Source: Epiperipatus broadwayi (Eukaryota > Animalia > Onychophora). From it: a stretch of 64,000 nucleotides of DNA. Location of the stretch: the NCBI GenBank assembly GCA_028023455.1, contig JAQFVV010000009.1, positions 15,934,001 through 15,998,000 of the forward strand. Direction: 5' to 3'. The translations under genes and the position numbers were made by a program. Position 1 is the first letter of the stretch. Every line of letters starts with the position of its first letter. A model generated the notes under the pieces. It was not told the DNA's origin, made no database searches, and was given only the letters and a program-made list of their open reading frames with translations. Shown piece after piece: positions 40,848 to 54,939 of this stretch.

Positions 40848-41652
40848 TATATAAATCCAATTTATCCAAACCATTTTGAATACTTTTTAGCAAAAACCTT
40901 TTATTGTACATATATACACATATAGCTACATTTAGACTGTCCTGCAGTCTTCTTCAGAGCTATGATATAATGAAAAAAAAAAAAAAAATACATAACTATA
41001 TAAATAATACCATAAAAAATGTAAACAATTAAAAACTAAAAATCTAATAAAGCAAATAAATATAATTAAACCTAAATAAAATAATCCAGTTAATATAAAA
41101 TAAAATATAAATAGAAAATAAATATAAATTATACATGTGTATTCCTAACTATATACATATATATTCAAGAAGAACTATTAATCTAAATATATTATTCATT
41201 TTTATTATTCTTAATAATCTCCTAATTACTTCTATTCCTTATAAACTTAAACTTTATTTTTATTAGGAGATTATTAAAAATAATAATGAATAATATATTT
41301 AGATTAATAGTTGTTCTTGAAGATGTATGTATATAGTTAGGAATACACATGTATAATTTATATTGTATATTTTATTTTATATTAACTGGATTATTTTATT
41401 TAGGTTTAATTCTATTCTATTTCAGTTTTACTAGGTTTCGTTATATATTTTATGTTGTTTTTAGTTTTTGATTGTTTACATTTTTTATGGTATTATTTAT
41501 ATCATTACGTATTTTATTTTATTTTGTTCATTATATCATAGCTCTGAAGACTGCAGGATAGTCAAAATGTAGGTGTATGGGTATATATGTACAATAAAAG
41601 GTTTTTTTGCTAAAAAGTGTTCAAAATGGTTTGGATAAATTGGATTTATATA
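40848..41652. repeat. Long inverted repeat (arms of about 380 bp: 40848-41227 and 41261-41652) with decayed hammerhead-like motifs
   Basis: The arms align along their length. Each has CTGAAGA followed by a GACTG..CAGTC-type stem II, but G12 of GAAA is mutated (TAAA and AAAA). Confidence 0.8.
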
Positions 41653-42087
41653 AGATATTACAGCAAAAATAAAGAAAAGGGTGATTTTGATAATATTTCT
41701 GAAAAATGTGTATATCTTCCTTTATAATAAAAGTTATATTAAATCATATAACTTGAATAGATTTCTATGCTTATAATATTCTATCCATTCATAATTTGAG
41801 GAAATTGTTTTCCTTAAAGTATAATATATATGTTTTAACCAATGGATATTCATAAATCTGGATTAAGTTGTGAATCTATGAACAGACTGAAATGGCAATG
41901 ATCATGAGACCAAAGACACCCATAATAAATATTATTTAATGTAAATCTTAGTTTATAATTATCTCACAAACATAATTTGATCTCATCTCTATTATCACAT
42001 ATATACTATTACAAAAAATATATATACATTCTCACATTTATATGAAAAAGCTCAAATGTTTTACTTAATTAGTCAAGAGAGTCTTAC

Positions 42088-42277
42088 CGAGAGATGAGAC
42101 TAACACATTCTTGTTCACCTTTTGCTACTATTAACTCAAGGTAAAGCCATATGGATTCACAAATATCATCCCAAGACAATGAAAAATCAACAGTGAATTC
42201 AGGTAATAATAAATTATTCAGAAGCTTGCCAATATGCTGATACGTTTCTTGAGAATTCCAATGAGGTAATGGTAAAT
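42088..42277 (-). CDS. MCM3AP: MCM3AP/GANP internal exon (190 nt, phase 1/2)
   Basis: ttttgtAG|...tctcg|GTaaga. Encodes (D)LPLPHWNSQETYQHIGKLLNNLLLPEF..SWDDICESIWLYLELIVAKGEQECVSLIS(R), matching GANP LPHLHWNAPEHL..LPQMDL..W..VCSMVVQY. Confidence 0.92.
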
Positions 42278-42380
42278 CTACAAAATAATAATAATTAGAT
42301 GTAAATAAATAAATATGAATTAATATAAACAAAAGATATAAATTAGACATTTAAAAAATGTAAGAATATTGCAAATTTAC

Positions 42381-42504
42381 CTCCAATGGAATTATTTGAA
42401 AATTCTGCTACCGGCCATGACAAAGAGTTCAATTCATCATTGGTAATCACACTATAGATATGTATAATAATGGAATTATACAAGTCTATTAATATTGATG
42501 GATT
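42381..42504 (-). CDS. MCM3AP: MCM3AP/GANP internal exon (124 nt, phase 0/1)
   Basis: gactttAG|...|GTaaat. Encodes NPSILIDLYNSIIIHIYSVITNDELNSLSWPVAEFSNNSIG, matching GANP [35 protein letters not shown]. Confidence 0.92.
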
Positions 42505-45500
42505 CTAAAGTCAAAAATTATATAATATTTGAATGAATTTCTTTTCAAATATAAATTAAATCATTGTTATAAAATGGAAATAATTATATGATCCATTACA
42601 TTATCTTTTTTTTCATCTAAATAAATAAATAACACTTAAATAAGTTATTCAACAATAAATATTATATAGCTACTCCTTGATTCATTGGACATGCATATAT
42701 TGCTTTATAGTATCCATCATCTTCTTTCTCTGGTCAAAATTCAATCAAAAATATATATATTAAAAAAAACAAGGATCCATCATTTTTCAAATTGTGTTTT
42801 TTTTGCTTCTACCATTGATAAAATTACTGGTCCCATATAATATTTATTTGCAAAAATATTTTTTTAAGAAACTGAATCAACATTTCTATTTTATTAAAAT
42901 AACAATAATCCAATCTTTTTTTCCTCCTTTAAATTTATATAATTCTAAAGCTCAATTAACTGTTTCTTTTATATCTTTTTTTGACTTTAGAAAATATTTA
43001 TCACCTCAACCTTTTCTCTTTTTCTATAATTTTAAAAAGCTATATATATATATTTAGTACCACAGCTTTCTATTAAAAGTCATTTATTTTGCTTGCAACA
43101 TTCTAAATGAGGAAATAAACTTAGTAAATAAATTTCAATTTACTTTTTTTTTTTTACTTTTTATAAATTAATGATTATATACAATTAGTATTAATTTCAT
43201 TTTTTTAAACATAAGTAATAATTATTTTTAAAGTTATATATATATATAGTCTGCTTATATTATAAAGAATATCTCAAAAACACTTTAAGGAGGTTCAAGG
43301 TTGATTGTTTCCTCTGGAAAGATATGGGAGAGAATGGAATATATTGGACAGTTAGTTAAAGGATTTCAGAAAAAAATGTTTTCTGCTGAAAAGATTAAAA
43401 GACAATATTGCAAAATAACAATTAAACAGAAAAATGGACTACCATATTCTTATGTGAACATATTTGCGTTTTACAGATGGGTTTTGTATAATCATTGCAA
43501 AAACTTATCTCTAGAGCATTTTTTTTTTTTTTCTATTTCTTTTTCTTTGAGTTAGAATGGCAATAATCATTTATATATGCTGTTCTTTATATATTTACAT
43601 ACACACATTTTTTTTTCAAATAATATGCAGAATGTTTGGATTATAATTTCTGAATTATATTTAAGTTAATGGTTAAGTTATACTGTATTGTATTTCACTG
43701 AATAATAATTAAAGGGCCCCTTACATGTCTTTATTTTCTCTGATGTCGTAAAAAATAATGGTTCAAGATTTTATTGTAGTATTTCCATTATATAATGCTT
43801 TGCTATTCTCTTCAATGTGAATATATGAATGTATATACCATTATATACAATAGACATTACATATAATAATATTTATACTTTGCTTTTTGAATTATATATA
43901 TTTTTAAACACAATACTGATTATACAGTAAACAAAAACATAAATAATATTATTTAAGCATTGACGTAAATACATTTGAATGTTGAAAGCAATACATTTTT
44001 TAAAAAAAATATTATTTTGACTATATAATATTATTATGGATTTATTTGGATATAAATATACATATATATAAATAATGGAAATTATACCCACGTAATCACT
44101 CTTCCTTTGATATTGCTAGGAAACTATCAATTACTAATTGACTGTCATAAGGCTAAACAAATGTTTTCTAATACTCTATTATGTCCTAAGATTAAATATT
44201 AAGAAATAATGAATATGTGTAAGAAAATAAATACCCATGCATACACAAAATATTATTGAGATCTTATACACATGTGCACATAATATATGATTTTCCCTTC
44301 AAGTTTAAATGACAAATCATTAGTTAATTGTATAAATATAATTATATTTAATGTATAATAAAAGTCTATAAGACCAATGTAATTATTCTGATATACTTTT
44401 CTTCTGTTAAAATCAAGAGTTAATCATTTTTTTGATTATCTCTTTTATCATTTATATTAAATATTAAACATTTGATACTAATTTATAATTTTTTTCTGTG
44501 ATTTGCTTTATTATGTTTTTTTTTTTTTTTTTACTTCTTTCTTCTAAATTTGGTATCTGTAATGATTCATATCATACATTTCACAATTAATTTTGTAGAC
44601 GATACCACTTTTATTTTTTATTTCACTTTTTATTTTAGAATTAGATAGAAGTGTTATTTTTGGTGAAAATTACTCTTTAATAACAAAAATAAAACTATAA
44701 TAAATATTAATATAAATGACATTTAACTTAAAAATATCAGGTATAACAGTATTAAACATGATAATAGCATTTTTTCTTCAAATAAGAATAAAAAATAAAA
44801 ATTATATGATAAAATTATACTAAATAGTCAAATAAGTAAGAAACTAAAAATATTAATATCTAATTCTAAAATAAAAGGTGGAAAAAAACTATCTATAAAA
44901 TTAATTGTGGAATATATGATAATGGTATATTATGGATGTTGAATAATTAACAGAAAAGATGGTAAACCAGAACCATACCATTTAACATATGTTTATAGAA
45001 TAATAAAAAAATATTAAATTTTTATACTATATTGATAAATCTAATAAAAAAAAAAGTTTATGAAAAAAAAAGTATGAATATATATGACCCAACTATGCAA
45101 TTAATTGCATGTTTGGTCAATTAATTTCCATAGTATTCTGCATATGTATAGATAAGCACTTTTATATGTAAATAAATCCACTTTAATAAATAACTAATAA
45201 AAGTAAAATATAATGAAAAAAAAATCATTACTTTTAATTTTACTATGTAAATACATTTACAATTGCTTTTGTTTATTATATATTATTTTAAAAAAATTAT
45301 AATTTTTAAAAAAATTAAATGTCATTATATGTAAATAGGTTCTTGTATATTCACACTGATGATGATAATAAAAAATTATTAAGAAGTATTTTTGTATTGA
45401 AAAACTGACAGTGAACAAACTGCTGCACCCACAGCATCATTGTCCACTGATTTACTTAACTACAATTTTTTTTAAAAAAAACCTTAATAAAAAAAATAGA

Positions 45501-46986
45501 AATTAGTAAAAAAAAAAATGAAGAAATTGTTAATATACTATTATATTTTGCATTTTATCATAAATTTAGGAAACATCTGTGCAAAAAGTATATATTTATA
45601 ATTTTAATATCTACCACATTAAATTACATTTAAAATACATTTAAATTGCATTTAAAATACAATATTTTTATTTCATGTTTGTTTTTAATTTCCAATTTTT
45701 AAATCTCTTTCTGTTAAAATAATTTAATTAAAGCATTCATTTATCTTACAAGTTTTTGTGAAATAAAAACTTATATCTTTTCTATTGAATAATAAATAAA
45801 AAAACACTTCTTTATAAATGATCAGAAAAAAAAAATGGATTGGAAAAGAATGTATTTAAAATATTAAATTTTTGTTAATTATTTTTTAATGTCTTCTATT
45901 GAAAAAAAAATAAAAATAATGTACTTCTACAATTTTTTTTTGCTTTAAATTAAAAAAAAAAATTATACTCATATTTACAACACAATATTCTATACTTGTG
46001 TTTATTTAAAACATGTTCATTATATTGTGTATACATATATAAATAGAACTTTTTATTGTATATATATATATATAACATTAAATTTATAGTGCTTGCTATG
46101 CTCCATGGATCTACATCATTCACAGAAAAATACCAAAGTTAAATACATATTTAAATGTAAAACGATGCTATATTATTTTCCTATCAAATTAAAATTCATA
46201 AATACTGAACAACTTTTAAGATCATTATTAGGAGAAAATTACTATTGCAAATATTTATTCTGACACAGTTGTGAAACAATTAAGACAGACTTCATTCTCC
46301 GATTTTCTACTTGAAATAATCATAATAATCAATTTTTTTAAGATTTTCATTTTTCAGTCTTCTTCCACCAAAGCTCATTATAATATAACAACTCCTTTTT
46401 TCATCGTCTTTTACTTCAGTAATATTTGCCTTTTACTTCAAAAATATTATTTCCACTCTTGATCTACATCATAAAAAAATCTAGCATTTCCACTCTTTGA
46501 TGAACATCTTTTAATATTCTATCTTATATATATATATATTGTAATGGTATAAATTAGACAAGTCTTCTTATAGATGTCCCCAGTCTTTGGATACACTAAA
46601 TCTGAAATGATATAAATGAACTAACTGCAATTAATAAGGCTATACAAATTGAACAAGCCAAATCTATAACGAATAAATTTAAGCAATAATTTTATTTAAG
46701 CCCTACTAATAAAGTAATTCAAAAATCTATACTAGAATAAAATTAAAATCTATTTATAATATTTATTAACTAAACAAATAATAACCCAACTGGATACCAA
46801 AATTATAATATATAAAATAAATAATTCATTTGAAAATTTATAATGGATATATTAAGTAATAGTTTATATTGGGATTCATTCACAAAACAACCCTTTTAAT
46901 ATTATGTATTAAAATTTATAACAATATTAACGGATGAAAAAAATGATTTAAGCTTGATGATTATATATAAAGTTTGAATATTTATG

Positions 46987-48754
46987 TAATTTGCCTGCCG
47001 GAAGTTTGCCATCCATTTTTTTTTTAAATAATCCATTTCCAGAGACTCAAAACAAATGGTTTAAACAATATGGCTAACTCTAAGTTATCATATTCAATAA
47101 TTGTTTTATTTATTAAAATGATAAAGAAATACAAAAGTCCAAAGGGTTGTAGTTTAAATTTTTTAAAATGCAAATAGAGTAAATAATAATAATAAAAAAA
47201 ATCATTTAGTAGACTATAACAAACGTGCAGACTAATATTACTTTTTGGGCAGGCACTATCCCATAATTTTGAAAATATTCCACTAAAACACATAAAAATT
47301 AAAAGGGTTGTAAGTAACATGTAAATGCAGTAAAGAAAATAAAAATAAAACATGATTAAGCTAAGTATAACAAACATGTAGGCAGCTGTCACTTTTTATG
47401 CAAGCACTATCCTGTAATTTTGAAAATATTCCATTGCATCTTGCTCTGCTGATGAAATATTCCAAATTTTAATCATATTTCCAGTTCCATCAAAATATTC
47501 TAGATTTAAATCCTATTTCCAAAAATGAACCTGTAAAGAAGGAATGTTAAGAAAATCATGTTTAAACTAATGTTAAAAAAAATTACAATAATTTGTCATT
47601 GGTTATCTCTTAGCCTCAGGTTAATAATTTTGAAAATATTCCAGTGCATTTTATTCTGTCAATGAAATATTCCAAATTTTATAATTTTACACACAGGTTA
47701 CCGAATACTTAAAGAATAACAATTTTAGCAACACTTGTTAAGTGTTGAGCACGTGCTAACATTTGAATGTTATGTTCTAAATGGAATTTATTGAAAAATG
47801 TTTTCCAATTTTTTTCAAATTAACAATCAATTTAGAATTATGAATAAAATTTATTAAAAAAATTGGGATTAGCCCTATCATAAATTCCATTCACAAGACG
47901 TCAAAATGTTAATGCTCAGTGAACACTTAACACAAGGCTAACAGAAAACATGTGACAAATTATCATAATTTTTTTTAATATTAGTTTACATGTGGTTTTT
48001 TAAACACTCCTTCTTTACTGTATCATTTTTGGAAATATGATTAAAATCAGGAATATTTAATTGACAGAATTGGAAATATGATTAAAATTTGGAATATTTC
48101 ATTGATAGAAAAAGAATCGCTGGAATATTTTCAAAATTATTATCGCACGAATAACAGATAACAAGCAACAAATTATTGTAATTTTTTTAAACATTAGTTT
48201 ACATATGGTTTTTTTAACATTCCTTCTTTACCGTATCATTTTTGGAAATATGATTAAAATTTGGAATATTTAATTGACAGAACTGGAAAATTGATTAAAA
48301 TTTAGAATATTTCATCGGCAGAACAAGATGCAGTGGAATATTTTTAAAATTACGTGATAGTGCTCACCCAAAAAGTGACATCTGCCTACATGTTTGTTAT
48401 ACTTTGCTTAATCATGATTTATTTTTATTTTCTTTACTGCATTTACATGTTATTTACAGTGCTTTGGATTTTTGTGTGTTTCATTATAGCGCTGTCTGTC
48501 TGCACCTTTGTTATAGTCTATTAAAAGATGTTTTTTTTCTTTAATTTTATTTACTGTATTTACATTAAAAATATTTTGAATTAGAACCCTTTGCACTTTT
48601 GTGCTTCTTTATCATTTTAATAAATAAAAAAAAACATAATTATTGAATACGATAACTTAAGAGTCAACCATATTGTTTATACCGCATGTTCTGAGCTCCT
48701 GAAAATGGATTATTTATAAAAAAAATGGATGGCAAGTTTCCAGCAGGAAAATTA
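46987..48754. mobile_element. Foldback-type non-autonomous element (about 1.77-kb imperfect palindrome with internal subrepeats)
   Basis: Termini taatttgcctgccggaagtttgccatccatttt and aaaatggatggcaagtttccagcaggaaaatta. The arms remain complementary to the centre at about 47820, with repeated ttttgaaaatattcca / ggaaatatgattaaaatttggaatattt units. A TA TSD is possible. No coding capacity. Confidence 0.8.
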
Positions 48755-50900
48755 TTTAAGTGCCAAAATTTGTATCCCTAATTTATCGTCTAGCTCTTAC
48801 GTTTGAAGAATATCAATTGATTTCTTTAAAAAGATTAGATTCATCTTTGATAATTACTGAATTCTAATCAACTAATAAAATATATTATTTTGTTAATTAA
48901 ATTTCAAATGTTTGTGATTGCACAGATAATTTGAATTATTATTGTTATATCATGTATTTAGTAAATTAAATAAAACTACTCACTCAAGATTAATAAATAC
49001 CACAATAATTTTATTAACAAAATAAATAAGATATTAATATGTTTAATAGCTTGCAAGTTTACTATAAATGTTCCACTTGTTTTCAACTGGAATATGTTGC
49101 TAAGACATTGCACATTTTGACCACAAAAAAAAATATTGATTTGTTATTTTCAATATACAATATGTATATTAAATATACAAAAAAAATATGCTAATCTGAT
49201 TTAGTTTGCTTACTGATTATTTATACCACAAATAAGATAATCAATTTATTATAATTGTTATTTTATGAACAAATTAGTACTTATGATCTTCTATAAATGA
49301 ATGAAAACAAATCATTAAGTAAAGTTTACTATAATTGTTTAAATTTCAATTTAGTGTTACTAAAATTTTCTTTCTGGTTATTAATTTATACATATATCCA
49401 CCTACACAATATATATATATATATATTAAATAACCATAAAACAATAATAATACAAATAAAGATGAAATAAATAAGATATAAGACCTGTCACTTGAATAAT
49501 AAATATTAAACGAAGTCCATATAAATAAAGTTCCTTTACCGTAGAGTTCCTTTATTAAATTCACATGAAGAAAACCCATGAAATAATGATATTTTTCAAA
49601 GATACAATAATCCCAAGAGTTTGTTTCCTTTTGCTTTTAAATATTCAAAGTTTATTTAAATAAATTATCCTTAGCAAGTTATAATGAAGTTTAACATTTT
49701 AGACTACATAAAATAATAAGTGTTGTTTTATCCTTCTTTAAAATAATTAAATTATTTATTAAATCCAAATCATTATCCATTTGGTAATAATCCATGTCAA
49801 ATTATTTATTTCTTGGACACAAATAGATGCATATATATGTATATTAATTCACATAGTAAAACTTTATAAGCATTTTTTTTTGCAGAATGCACTTAAAAGA
49901 AATGGAATTTGTTTCAGTTATTAAAATAGGTTAACCTCACAAAACACAAACTGTATTTTGGAGCAAATATTATTATTCAATCTTGAATTATATGATTTAA
50001 ATTAAGCAACCAAAAAAAAAAAAAACATTACATTTTTAAATTTATTTACTGCAAGATGCAGTACAACAACTGAAGTAATAGAGATATATAAAGACAGAAT
50101 ATCTGAAGTTAATTCACAGAATTTTTTTATATTTTGCCTACTGATGTAACATTTAGGTTACTGACCTAGAAACAGTAGCTAAAGATCATTTCAAATTTAC
50201 TCCTTTTAATCCACTGAGTGATTGTTTCACTTTAATTAGTTTTATAAACAAATACTCAGTGTTCCTGAACAAAATGTTTTCTTTCAAATTTTAAAAGAAA
50301 ATATTTTAAAATGAAAATAATGACAATGGTTTTACAATTTCTTAAAAAAAATTCATTTGTTTGTTTAACAAAAATATTACATTTTTATATATTTTTAATA
50401 ACAATATTATATTAAGCATGTGATTTTAAGTTTACAATAATTTAAATATGCACTCACATAGATCCATATACATATATAAAAATATAACTTGTCATTTATT
50501 TATCCAAACTTATTGTTATTAACCAAACATTAATGTAAAACCTATCACAATATATGATCAAATTTATATAGTATTTTTTTAGTTGGATATAAAATTTAAC
50601 ACAAGACTATTGATCGTATTTCTTAAATAATAATAAAAAAATGAATCGAGAATATTACTTTGTATTCTGATGTACCTACAATAACACCAAAATTAAAATA
50701 AGCATCACTTAATGATTCAAACAGTCAAAAACATATAAAATCATGACAATAATTTTTTTTTTTACTATGGCAATGCCTATTTTAAATCTGATCAAGGATG
50801 GTACAATATATTAGGAAAAAATATCAAATCCTATGATGTTTTTATTATTATTATTAAATATGGTGTTTGGTTATTGCCATTCTATCTTTTAATAATTTTC

Positions 50901-51124
50901 TTAATAAACAAGGCAAAACTCTCCATACAGTAGTGCTACCCTGTGCCAACCAGAGTAATCAATGGATGCCAAAAGGCTTGTGCATAAAATCCCTATCTAG
51001 TGCATACTCATCCAATATCCCCAGACAAGTTTCTGGCTTGTGGCCTTCATCAGTGAGAAGCCTTGGATTACTCTGGTTGGCACAGGGTGTTACTACTGTT
51101 GGAGAGTTTTGCCTTGTTTATTAA
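50901..51124 (-). mobile_element. Short hammerhead-containing element with inverted ends (50901-50960 and 51066-51124); same family as 56952-57276
   Basis: Near-perfect 60-bp inverted repeat. The interior is similar to 57120-57276 in reverse orientation. Confidence 0.75.
51020..51057 (-). ncRNA. Minimal type-I hammerhead ribozyme-like motif
   Basis: Minus strand reads CUCA CUGAUGA A GGC cacaa GCC A GAAA CUUGUC^UGGG. Intact core, GUC triplet and stem I CUCA/UGGG. Confidence 0.6.
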
Positions 51125-51989
51125 CAATTACGTGCTAGTATAAGAGATAGTGATCATGTGAATAATTTTCTTGTTATAGATTCTACTATTATCTATCAAA
51201 CTTCTCAAATCCTTAAATACTGTCTACAGTATTTCTTTTTTTAATTATTATATTTACTTTAATTTTCATGTTCTATTATTAATCTAAACAACATTTTTTT
51301 TTAAACATTTATTTTCTATATTTATAATAACACATGATCACCATCTCATGCTAGCACATTAACATCATTCATGTGTAACCATTTCATAGTGACTTTTGTT
51401 AATCCAAGTAAAAAAACTCCTTTATACAGTTAGATTGTTAAAACCAAATTAATAAAATATTATATATTGGAACTGTTTATAGGCAGTTTCACGTAGGCAT
51501 CAAGATGCATTATAGATTTGATGGTGTTTTTAATTTGAAGCACTTAAAAATAAAAACAAAAATATATTTCCTTGATTTCTAGATGTATAGTACATTATCA
51601 GTGCCAATTCAAAAGATAATCTAACAGAATATTCTTAATATTTTGACTACAATCTATAAAAACTTTGATTTAATATTTAATGTTAAAAAAACTGAAGATG
51701 CTTTATAAGCCAGTAATGATGTAAAAATCTTCAGCAAGTTTAACTTTGGATAGTTATTAACCTTAAAATATGAATCAATTTAAATTCCTTAGTAACTTAT
51801 TTTAAATAGAAAGGTGAATCTAAATGTTGAATTGCAACATGGATTTCAATGTTCTATTGTTGCATTTAAAAGATGTCATATTTTATCAGTGATATAATTA
51901 CTGCAAATAAATTATTTATATAAAACTTGGTATTTTTCCTAATTTATTGCATCACATGAGATCTCTAATGAAGTAAGATAAAGCCATTT

Positions 51990-52480
51990 AAAAATTTACA
52001 TTTATAAATATTTTTAAAAATAGAGTAGCAAGATCTTAAGCCCAAGTACTGTTTTTAAACTTTCTGGATATATTATAGATTCAACTAACGTAAGATCACA
52101 TTTGATGGATTGGGCTTATAAAATGAATGGAGAACAGATTTTCTAAAAAAAGTATTTATGGGGAACATAGTTTCCATGGAATAACTTTTATGTTAAGGAG
52201 ATTATCTTAAAGATAATCTAAAGAAATTCAATAATGATTACTTTTGAGAAAATAAGATTGAAAAAAGAATACATTGGGCAGAATCACAATTATTATATTT
52301 ACCAATTCTCATGTTTTATTACTTATATACACAAATTTCTATATTTCAAAAAGTAGAGTTTACTGCAGAAGTTAAAAGAGAATATTTCAAGATGCAGTTG
52401 CTCTTTCCTGAAAATACTGGACCAATTCAGAATTGGAGGTCTTATTGATCGTACTTTAATTGAAAGCCCTGACTGATATA
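51990..52480 (+). mobile_element. Highly decayed RTE-like LINE 3' fragment (different family)
   Basis: Degenerate LRWIG..RM..R..KKVF.G and DNLKKFN motifs. Heavily mutated. Confidence 0.35.
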
Positions 52481-53617
52481 TGAGATATGAATCAGAATGT
52501 GTTGTTTTTTCTTGGGTAATCAGTGTATAATACATGCAAATGTATTTGTGTTTCACAGACAAATTTGTATTAAGATATTGCGGAACTCATCTCTAATGTA
52601 TTATTTTGTATTTTTTGTTTTGCAATTGAAATAGCAATTCTCATTTGCAGTTGGCTACTGCTGATATATATAAAGGAAAAATGATTGATAATATATGAAA
52701 CAAAACACTAAAATGTCTACAGAGTTCATTGGGAAATAAGTCATTAGACAAGCTCAGTAGAAAATATTTTGTCGCTTTGATTTATATATTAAAAATTATA
52801 TACAGTTCTTTAGTATAATAAATTATATAACTGCTTATGATATATATTTTTATGAAACTAGAGATAAAAATAAATGTGAGTAAAACTATTTATAAAACAG
52901 CAAAAACAAAAAAAATCAAATGAAAAGATACAAAAAAGGTTAAAGCTTTTAAATATTTAAGAAAATCAGTTAAATGCAGCCAGGAGCAGTAATTAACAAA
53001 AAAAGTTTGTAAAATGTTTTATGTCAAATTTAGCATTAAATGCATATAGAATATTAAGAAAAAAAATGAATAAAAAGTTTTATATAGTACTAAAGAGCTA
53101 TCCAAAAGAGAGGAAACAACATTCTAGAAAAAACTAAGGAATGGACAAACTTTATTAATAATATAAAACAAGATATATATTAAAGAAAAAAAAAATACCC
53201 ATTAACTTATCTTAAAGAGATAGTATTATTGAAAATACAAACAGTAAGTAATGACAATGATAGTAAAAAATATTAGCATTAAAATTGCAATGAAAAAACA
53301 GATTTTTGAAAAAAATAAAAATTATTTTATAACTATTAATTTTTTCTTTCACAATACCCAGAAAATTAATGATACTACATGATATGCTGATTTACCAGAT
53401 ACAAATTTTTTAGTTTACATTTACATTATAGATTTAATATTGTAAATCACAAATCTATATCATAACCCCAATGTTCTTGCCTTTGAGTGAGCTAAATACT
53501 AAACTTTTGTTTTATTGAAAGAGAAAATATAGGATTGTATCTGCTCCCAGGGAAAAAATTACGAATGGCTTATTGGAGGGAAAAAAGTTCATTGTGTAAA
53601 AGCTGAGTTGTTTAAAT

Positions 53618-54671
53618 CAGTAGTCAGCAACCTTTTAGATATTGTGGACTATTAACATGATTTTTAAAAGTATTAATTAATATGAGCATTGAGTATGATA
53701 TACATAAATATTTATTTATATATAAAAATATTTATCATTTACACAAACACTCATTCTGCCTTATCAGGCAACTGAGAAGAAAGACCATGGTGTTTCTTGA
53801 TCTTAAACTCAGAGGTAAAAAGCCAATAAACTCACCACGCTGGCTAATGCGTGTTGGTGAGCAGCCCATCCATGTTCGTATACTATATAAATAATCACAT
53901 AGTAATAACATATTCCTAGAAGAGATGATAATAGATGGACAATTGAAATCTTAAACTGGATTCCAAGAGATTGTAAAAAACCCAGAAAGAGGCCACATGT
54001 GAGATGGATGGATGGAATAAGAAAGTGTGCAGGGGTGATGTGGAGAAGAGAAGCTAAAGATCGGAGAAGATGGATTAAACTTGGAGAGACCTTCATCCTG
54101 CAGTGGATTGATAATGGTTGTTGATGATGATAATATTAATATTTATATGTTTTATTTTTGTTAATATAATATTTATTTTATTTCATAAAAATAAACGAAT
54201 GTATAAATACATATTCATTTATATGTGTAATTTTCTAATTTGTATCTACAAAAATTATTTAAGATTAATAACGAATAGTATTATATTCTTTAATAATTTT
54301 TATATATGTGTTTTCCTTCAAAATTCTTCTTAAAATTTTACTTCACCCAATTACCAAGGATGCACTGTAGTCAAATATGAGACTAGTCAATTGTACAGAA
54401 TTTAATATTCTTATTTTGTTACTTTTTCTATGCCGCTGAACGAGTAGGGGTTAATTAAAGACCTATGAGGTAGATGCTTTACAAATCACAGTATTTTGTA
54501 ACAAATCAATTGGCAATGTAATGTTCTATTTTATATATAATAATACAGCTTAAACAAAATTTATTTTTTATTTAAAAATTTCATTAAATGAGCTTAGGGA
54601 ATTTAAATAATATTTGAATTTCTTTGTGGACAATTAAAATTATGTCACGGACCACAGGTTGCCAACCACTG
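53618..54671. mobile_element. hAT (Charlie/Buster-like) non-autonomous element with a nested RTE fragment
   Basis: Termini CAGTAGTCAGCAACCT and AGGTTGCCAACCACTG. Perfect 8-bp TSD GTTTAAAT with central TA (53610-53617 and 54672-54679). Confidence 0.85.
53900..54133 (+). mobile_element. RTE LINE 3' end nested in the hAT element
   Basis: RWTIEILNWIPRDCKKPRKRPHVRWMDGIRKCAGVMWRREAKDRRRWIKLGETFILQWIDNG followed by a (TGA)n tail. Same family as 9550-11430. Confidence 0.88.
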
Positions 54672-54939
54672 GTTTAAATGTCTCGAAGATTTTTTTTGAC
54701 ACTACTGACTACAGTAAAATTACAAGACTTAGAACATTTAAAGGAAACAACATTTCTTTCCGAACAATGATGCCACAAGTTTATGTTTAAAAATTGTTTT
54801 GTAACACATTTTTTGAAATATACACATTCTGCAAAGATGACAAAATATAAATTAAAATTATACTGTTGCTTATATAAATTGGTAAATCTTCTTTCTTCAT
54901 GCTATTTCATTAAAAAACATATTTTATAAAAATAGATTA

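Noticed and set aside
42381-42451. Shorter MCM3AP exon using the internal acceptor ctatAG at 42452-42453
   Set aside because: It breaks the frame with the upstream phase-0 exon. The longer exon from 42504 restores both frame and GANP homology.
50050-50102. Candidate 53-nt MCM3AP micro-exon
   Set aside because: No GANP similarity, and it is unnecessary once the 42381-42504 exon is used.
51688-51720. CTGAAGATGCTTTATAAGC, a PLE-end-like stem
   Set aside because: No GAAA follows stem II; insufficient evidence.
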